The translations under genes were made by a program, and so were the position numbers. The notes below the pieces were generated by a model. The model worked only from the letters and a program-made list of their open reading frames with translations, made no database searches and was not told the origin of the DNA. From Candidatus Woesearchaeota archaeon (lineage in GTDB: Archaea; Nanobdellota; Nanobdellia; Woesearchaeales; GW2011-AR9): 64,000 nucleotides of DNA. How positions within the stretch are numbered: the first letter of the stretch is position 1; the number at the start of each line of letters is the position of its first letter. Shown here one piece after another: positions 58,052-64,000 of this stretch. The stretch covers positions 28,972 through 92,971 of the forward strand of contig JABHDY010000004.1 of NCBI GenBank assembly GCA_018676855.1, written 5' to 3'.

Positions 58052-59059
58052 ATGAAAAAAGGAATCGTATTATTACTTATCGTATTTATAGTTACTATGT
58101 TTATTGCAGGATGTGTTGATTACAAAGCGTATCAAGTTCCTGAAGATGATGGATCAGAGGATTCTTTGATTGATGAAATTGCACAGATAGAAAAAGAATT
58201 GGCAATGGAACAAGATATTGAAGGAGAAGAAATGGTTGTAGAAGAAGAAATTATCCTTCCCGAATTACAAGAAGAACCTATTGCACAAGAAGCAGATAGT
58301 GATTTACAAGTTATTAATGTTAAAGAGAATGTTTTAGTAAAACTGGACGCAATCGTTACTGATCCAGATAAAGATCCAGTAACCCATACATTTTCACGAC
58401 CGCTTAACAAAAAAGGTGAGTGGCAAACACAATATGGTGATGCTGGTGAATATATAGTTACAATTACGGCAACTGATGGCAAGCTTACAACATCACGAAG
58501 AGTGAAATTAGCAGTTGAACGTGTTAATGTTGCCCCAGTTATTACAGGAATTGTAGATATGACATTAAAAGAGGGAGAATTGGTCGTATTTGAACCACAA
58601 GTTTCAGATCCAAACAACGATCCTGTTACCGTAACTGTTTCAGAACCATTAAAAGATGGACGTTTTCAAACGGACCACACAAGTTCCGGCGAATATAAAA
58701 TTAAAGTTGTTGCGAGCGATGGCGAACTTGAAACTGTCAAAACAGTTATGTTAGAAATTGTTGATGTCAATGTCCTTCCTGAAGTTAGTGGTGTAGAAGA
58801 CATTACAGTTAAAGAGGGAGAAACTGTTACAATTAAACCAGTAGTTTCTGACATTGATGGTGATGATTACGTTATAACTATTAGTGAACCTGTTGGCAAT
58901 GATGGAGTTTGGGAAACAGCATTCACGGACCATGGTGAGTATGTTATTACAGTAGTTGTAGATGATGGCAAAGATCAAGTAACAAAAAGAATCAATGTTG
59001 TTATCGGAGACATTAACATGCCACCAGAGATTGTTGACATTTCATTGGGCACACAATAA
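58052..59059 (+). CDS. Lipoprotein with three cadherin/Ig-like repeats
   Basis: IAGC lipobox; V.EG....DPDxD...W.T...G.Y...DG...N..P repeats. Confidence 0.85.
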   Translation: MKKGIVLLLIVFIVTMFIAGCVDYKAYQVPEDDGSEDSLIDEIAQIEKELAMEQDIEGEEMVVEEEIILPELQEEPIAQEADSDLQVINVKENVLVKLDAIVTDPDKDPVTHTFSRPLNKKGEWQTQYGDAGEYIVTITATDGKLTTSRRVKLAVERVNVAPVITGIVDMTLKEGELVVFEPQVSDPNNDPVTVTVSEPLKDGRFQTDHTSSGEYKIKVVASDGELETVKTVMLEIVDVNVLPEVSGVEDITVKEGETVTIKPVVSDIDGDDYVITISEPVGNDGVWETAFTDHGEYVITVVVDDGKDQVTKRINVVIGDINMPPEIVDISLGTQ

Positions 59060-59102
59060 AAACATTTTTGTTTTTTTTCTTCCCATTTTTATCTAGAATA
59101 CA

Positions 59103-61415
59103 ATGGCACATAAAAACATAAAACTCATTATTGGACTAGTAATGATTATACTTCTTGTATATACAGTACCTGCAGCAACAAAGATATATTATGCACAGGA
59201 AGGAGATTTTATTAAAATTAGAGCCGAAGCAATTGATCCGGATAAAGATTTCATCACGTACAATTATGCTGCACCATTTGATGATGAAGGAGAGTGGCAA
59301 ACAGGGTTTGACGATGCTGGCGAACATGAGATTGCCATTATTGCGTCTGACGGAAAAAGTGAAGATATTAAGACAATTAAGATTATTGTACACAATACAA
59401 ACTTACCTCCAGACACTATAGAGAATAGGATTAGTGTAAAAGAAACGCAACTTGTTGACTTAAAATCGCTCGTTTCTGATCCAGACAATGACGTTATAAG
59501 TTATACATTCTCAGCACCATTTGATGATCAAGGACAATGGCAGACAGGATATGATGACCAGGGAGTTTTTGTTACAACATTTACAATGTATGACGGTTTT
59601 ATTGAAGTTACTAAACGTGTTGAGATAGAAGTTCTTCATACAAACCAGCCACCGGAAATTATTGACATTTTTTCTACTGCGTCTTTTATTACAGCCAGGG
59701 AAAATGAACCGTTCAGTTTTTATTTTAATGTGAGAGATGGTGATAATGATCCAATGACTGTTCTCTGGAAAATTGATGGACAGATTATTAGTGATGAACT
59801 TTCAGGAGAATACATGTTTGGATATGAAGATGCAGGCAAACATGAGTTAACCCTTACAATAACTGACGATACCAATACAATTGAACGAAAATGGACACTT
59901 ACTGTACGAAATACAAACAGAGAACCACGTTTAGTACCTCAAGATATAACTGTTAATGAAGGAGAGAAAGTAGTATTAAATTTGCCTAAGAAAGATATTG
60001 ACGGAGATATTTTACAATATACATATGACGAACCTCTTTCAGAAAATGGTGAATGGCAACTTAGCTTTGAAGATGCTGGAACATATTCGCTTGAAATCAC
60101 TGCATCAGATGGAGACCTTCAAGATAAAACAACTATTGACATAACTGTTGTTGATGTTGATAGGGCTCCGGTGTTAACACTTCCACAAAAGTTATGGGTT
60201 GATGAAGGTGGAGAACTTGAATGGGAAATAGAAACGTACGACCCTGATAAGGACGATGTTACCATCACAGTATCTAACGCTCCAGACGATTCAGTTATAC
60301 GAAAAAATAAATTTTCATGGGAACCTGATTATGATACAATCACGCGTAAGGGCGGATTTGTAAGTACAATATTAAATACTGTCCGTCTTGAACATTTTTT
60401 CTTACAAAAAAAATCTGTCCCAATAACCGTTGAAGTGTGTGGAAAGGATAAATGTACAACTGGGACTGTTGATATCATAGTATATAATGTTAATAGAAAG
60501 CCAGAGTTAACAAACATTCAACCAATTACAGTACGTGAAACAGAAACTGTTAATTTAGAAGCGTACGCTGTTGATCCTGACGATGACATTATGAAATATT
60601 CTTATTCATGGCCATTAAATAAAAAGAGTGGTGAATGGGAAACGGGATATGAAGATGAAGATACGTACGAAGTGTATGTCTCAGCAACGGACGGAAAGGA
60701 AACTGATACCATTCCCGTTACAGTTCGTGTTGCAAGAATGAATAGGGAACCTGAGATTGATGTTCAAGATACTGTTGTTGTTAATGAAGGACAAGAGTTT
60801 ACCCTTAATGCAAAAGCGTTCGATAAAGATGAAGAGTCAGTCTCACTTTCAATGCCATATCTTCCTGAGGGAGCATCATTTGCAGAAGGAATTTTTGTAT
60901 GGACGCCACCCTATACTTTTGTTAAGAATAAGAGTGATAGTGTATGGAATAATGTAGTCAGTAATTGGAATTATCTTAATAAGAAAATGAATAGTGAAAA
61001 AGAAGTTGTATGGATAGAGTTTACTGCACGCGATACAGAAAGTACAGTCGTTCATCCAGTTAAGATAACTGTAAAGAACGTTAATCGGAAACCAGAACTT
61101 CTAGATTATCTTCCTGCAACAGAAACAACGGTTCATATGAACGAAAAAATTACGTTTCATGCAGTTGCATCTGACGTTGATGAAGACACATTATCATATA
61201 GTTGGAGCTTTTCTCCACATGAACCTCGTGTAAAAGAAACAAGTACCATTACAAGAACATTTGTGACACCGGGACGAAAAAGTGTTACTGTAAAGATTAG
61301 TGATGGTCGAGATACGGTTAAAAAAACATGGATAGTGAACGTCCTAGAAAGTGAATATGTTACACCAGCAAACCCTGGCGTTGGTCCGTATAGAACATAT
61401 ATTATTGAACACTAA
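59103..61415 (+). CDS. Secreted protein with ~8 cadherin/PKD-like Ig repeats
   Basis: Same repeat as the upstream gene (DPDxD, GEWQTG..D.G, SDG, NxPP/NRxP). Confidence 0.85.
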   Translation: MAHKNIKLIIGLVMIILLVYTVPAATKIYYAQEGDFIKIRAEAIDPDKDFITYNYAAPFDDEGEWQTGFDDAGEHEIAIIASDGKSEDIKTIKIIVHNTNLPPDTIENRISVKETQLVDLKSLVSDPDNDVISYTFSAPFDDQGQWQTGYDDQGVFVTTFTMYDGFIEVTKRVEIEVLHTNQPPEIIDIFSTASFITARENEPFSFYFNVRDGDNDPMTVLWKIDGQIISDELSGEYMFGYEDAGKHELTLTITDDTNTIERKWTLTVRNTNREPRLVPQDITVNEGEKVVLNLPKKDIDGDILQYTYDEPLSENGEWQLSFEDAGTYSLEITASDGDLQDKTTIDITVVDVDRAPVLTLPQKLWVDEGGELEWEIETYDPDKDDVTITVSNAPDDSVIRKNKFSWEPDYDTITRKGGFVSTILNTVRLEHFFLQKKSVPITVEVCGKDKCTTGTVDIIVYNVNRKPELTNIQPITVRETETVNLEAYAVDPDDDIMKYSYSWPLNKKSGEWETGYEDEDTYEVYVSATDGKETDTIPVTVRVARMNREPEIDVQDTVVVNEGQEFTLNAKAFDKDEESVSLSMPYLPEGASFAEGIFVWTPPYTFVKNKSDSVWNNVVSNWNYLNKKMNSEKEVVWIEFTARDTESTVVHPVKITVKNVNRKPELLDYLPATETTVHMNEKITFHAVASDVDEDTLSYSWSFSPHEPRVKETSTITRTFVTPGRKSVTVKISDGRDTVKKTWIVNVLESEYVTPANPGVGPYRTYIIEH

Positions 61416-61474
61416 ATTGTATTGACTATTACAGTAACCAAACATTTTTAAACAAAAAACAAATTCTATGTCCT

Positions 61475-62110
61475 ATGAAAAGTATCAATCAAGAGATAGC
61501 CCGTCTATTAAATCAAGACATTGCAATACAGAAATGTTTGAAAGAAAAACTTATCAATATTCGTTCTTTAGCAAAGTACCTTCAAGAGAAGTACGAGTTA
61601 CGATCTTCACTTGATGCTATCATAAGTGGGATACGACGATATGATATAGATAGTGTTAGTCCCCTTCATTCAAAAGAAATGGCAAAAGTATTTAGCCGTA
61701 TGTCAATCTCAACAAAAGATAATATTGCTAAAATCTTGCTAAAAGATAAAGCGTTTAAAGACATTTGTGAAGATTTTATCGGAAAAAAAACATTGAGAGA
61801 GAATTGTCGAATTGTTAAATCAAAAGAAACGGTAACATTAATTGTTAATATGAAAGATTTTGAAAAGAAAAAATCGTTATTTAAAGATGCAGACGTTCTT
61901 GATGTACAACAAAACCTTTCCGAGATACGTTTACAATTTCCAAAAGATATAAGTCAAATAAAAGGTATTTCTGCGCGTATTGCCGGTGAGCTTGCGATGC
62001 GTGACGTGAATATTGAAGATGAGATATATAGTATGCCAGAATTACTTATTTATGTTAAAGAAAATTCGTTAGTTTCTGCTCATCACGCATTATTAGAAAT
62101 AAAAAAGTAA
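61475..62110 (+). CDS. Archaeal ACT-domain-containing regulator-like protein
   Basis: LINIRSLAKYL...AIISGIRRY N-terminal HTH-like region; KGISARIAGELAMRDVNI ACT signature. Confidence 0.8.
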   Translation: MKSINQEIARLLNQDIAIQKCLKEKLINIRSLAKYLQEKYELRSSLDAIISGIRRYDIDSVSPLHSKEMAKVFSRMSISTKDNIAKILLKDKAFKDICEDFIGKKTLRENCRIVKSKETVTLIVNMKDFEKKKSLFKDADVLDVQQNLSEIRLQFPKDISQIKGISARIAGELAMRDVNIEDEIYSMPELLIYVKENSLVSAHHALLEIKK

Positions 62111-62137
62111 AAAAGAAGTATTGAAAGAAATAAACAG

Positions 62138-62401
62138 TTAACGAAAACCTGGTCCTAATGGACTTCCACCACCATAACACTGCATATAACTTTCTGTTGG
62201 TTTTAAACGATCTACCATGTCCTTAGCTTTTTCTGCACCATGGACAACTTTTAAAATATGGTACGAATCTTCTCTCCATTGACGAAGACGGACAGCATGT
62301 GCATCCGTATAATGAGTTGTACTAGGTTCCTTTTCTAATGGAACAACATTAGGAATTCTATCTCTTTTGTAGCCTTCATCAAGGTAATCATTTATCGACA
62401 T
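62138..62401 (-). CDS. Small hypothetical protein
   Basis: Start moved to ATG 62401 (SD GGAGGG); 87 aa. Confidence 0.55.
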   Translation of the reverse strand: MSINDYLDEGYKRDRIPNVVPLEKEPSTTHYTDAHAVRLRQWREDSYHILKVVHGAEKAKDMVDRLKPTESYMQCYGGGSPLGPGFR

Positions 62402-62570
62402 TTCTTTATTCCCTCCATATAATGTATATAGAATATAATCTTCTACCGAGTTATATAAAAACTCTGACAGAAATAGCACGAAATAGATATATTTGACACA
62501 TATGAAAATGATTAGACACAAATAAAAGAGATAAACAAATAACTTAATAAAGAATTCCATCTCAGAATAC

Positions 62571-64000
62571 ATGATGGATATTATTCATACTCTTGCTCTT
62601 GAAACGATGCAAAAAAATAAACAAGCACTTATCTTTGCACCTAGTAGAGCAAGTGCGGAAAAGACTGCAGAAGAAATTTCTAAACTAACACATATGAATT
62701 ATCCAGAGTTTGAAGAAACTGTTCTTAAAGCAGCATCTACCCCTACAAAACAATGTAAACGGTTATCTCAATGTATTAAGAAGGGGATAGCGTTTCATCA
62801 TGCAGGATTATTACAGAAACAAAAAGATCTTATTGAAGATGAATTCAAAAGTGGTAAAGTTAAAATTATTTGTTGTACACCAACATTAGCTGCTGGAATG
62901 TCCCTTCCTGCCTTCCGCGTGATTATTAAATCGCTTAAACGTTATTCTGGTAAGTGGGGCATGGATTGGATTCCCGTTTTAGAGTATATGCAAATGGCTG
63001 GAAGAGCAGGACGGCCAGAATATGAAGCGTTTGGTGAAGCGATTACTGTTGCAAAAAATGATGCTGAAAGGGATGAAATTTATGAACGGTATGTATGTGG
63101 CGAACCAGAAGAGATTTATTCGAAATTGGCAGTTGAGCCAGTACTACGAACATACGTGTTATCATTAATCTCTTCTGGTATTGTACGAAATGAAAAATCT
63201 ATGAAAGAGTTCTTTGCAAAAACTTTCTGGGCTCACCAGTTTAAAGACATGGCCAAGCTTGAAGGAATTATGGACAAAATGCTATCATTGTTAGAAGAAT
63301 GGAAGTTCGTTTCAATTGATGGGAGTGAAGGAGATTTTGTAAGTGCAAATGATATGAACAAATCAAGGACAACACGGGCAACACGTATTGGAAGAAGAGT
63401 CTCTGAACTTTATTTGGATCCATTAACAGCGAAATACATTATAGATTGTATATCTGAATTTAATGAAAATAAAAATACGTATTCATTATTGCATATGGTA
63501 TCTAACACTCTTGAAATGCGGCCCTTATTACGTGTTAAAGTTAAGGAACATGACATGATTCAGGACGAATTAGTAAAGAATTATGAATTATTGTTACAAG
63601 AAGAACCAAGTGCGTTTGACCTAGAATATGGTGAGTTTTGTAATTCTATTAAGACAACATTATTTTTTGACGCATGGATTAATGAAAAAGATGAAGATTA
63701 TTGTATGGAAACTTATGGTGTTCGACCAGGCGAGATACGAATGAAGTTAGAAACTGCAGATTGGTTATTATATGCAACAGAAGAATTGGGCAAGATACTT
63801 GAGAGAAAAGATGTTGTGAAAGCTGTTCGATCACTACGAATAAGAGTTAAGAATGGTGTCAAAGAAGAATTATTATTATTATTAAAATTGAAGAATATTG
63901 GTCGTGTACGTGCCCGCAGGATGTATTCTAACGGAATAAAAGATCTTGGAGATGTAAAGAAAGCAGATGTGACTACACTTGGCCAGATTCTTGGTAAGAA
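62571..64000 (+). CDS. hel308: Hel308/Ski2-like helicase, C-terminal half only (RecA2 onward); runs off the right edge
   Basis: Not in ORF track. QALIFAPSR, AFHHAGL, TPTLAAGMSLP, QMAGRAGRP, LYLDP, IGRVRARRMY. In-frame TAA at 62532 upstream. Confidence 0.88.
   Translation, partial: MMDIIHTLALETMQKNKQALIFAPSRASAEKTAEEISKLTHMNYPEFEETVLKAASTPTKQCKRLSQCIKKGIAFHHAGLLQKQKDLIEDEFKSGKVKIICCTPTLAAGMSLPAFRVIIKSLKRYSGKWGMDWIPVLEYMQMAGRAGRPEYEAFGEAITVAKNDAERDEIYERYVCGEPEEIYSKLAVEPVLRTYVLSLISSGIVRNEKSMKEFFAKTFWAHQFKDMAKLEGIMDKMLSLLEEWKFVSIDGSEGDFVSANDMNKSRTTRATRIGRRVSELYLDPLTAKYIIDCISEFNENKNTYSLLHMVSNTLEMRPLLRVKVKEHDMIQDELVKNYELLLQEEPSAFDLEYGEFCNSIKTTLFFDAWINEKDEDYCMETYGVRPGEIRMKLETADWLLYATEELGKILERKDVVKAVRSLRIRVKNGVKEELLLLLKLKNIGRVRARRMYSNGIKDLGDVKKADVTTLGQILGK

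Overview
AT-rich archaeal chromosome segment, most consistent with a DPANN (Woesearchaeota-like) organism. Evidence: archaeal-type ProRS, IleRS, S6e, FtsZ, SepF and Hel308; BRE/TATA promoters with many leaderless genes; GGTGA-type SD sites; and a tRNA with BHB introns. Housekeeping genes (ileS, proS, ftsZ, rps6e, sepF, tRNA-Ser, tRNA-Ile, two-intron tRNA-Phe) are interspersed with many surface proteins. The standout is an ~18-kb locus (17844-35883) of nine secreted or membrane-anchored modular proteins built from cohesin-like domains, one clear dockerin, Ca-binding/Cys-rich repeats, a beta-propeller, a beta-helix and a degenerate M23-like domain. Five of them end in the same unrecognised ~50-aa module (core LLQKMSxIAxxL). 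I interpret this as a candidate cellulosome-like, self-assembling surface complex; that is inference. A type IV pilus/T2SS-like ATPase and platform pair lies nearby. Other oddities: two candidate small RNAs displaying anti-Shine-Dalgarno sequence, long or structured leaders on ftsZ, sepF and rps6e, an unannotated zinc-ribbon microprotein with no ATG, a Hel308 gene lacking its N-terminal RecA domain, and a beta-barrel-like secreted protein. No CRISPR array, transposase, integrase or rRNA was seen. All family calls come from visual motif recognition, not database searches.
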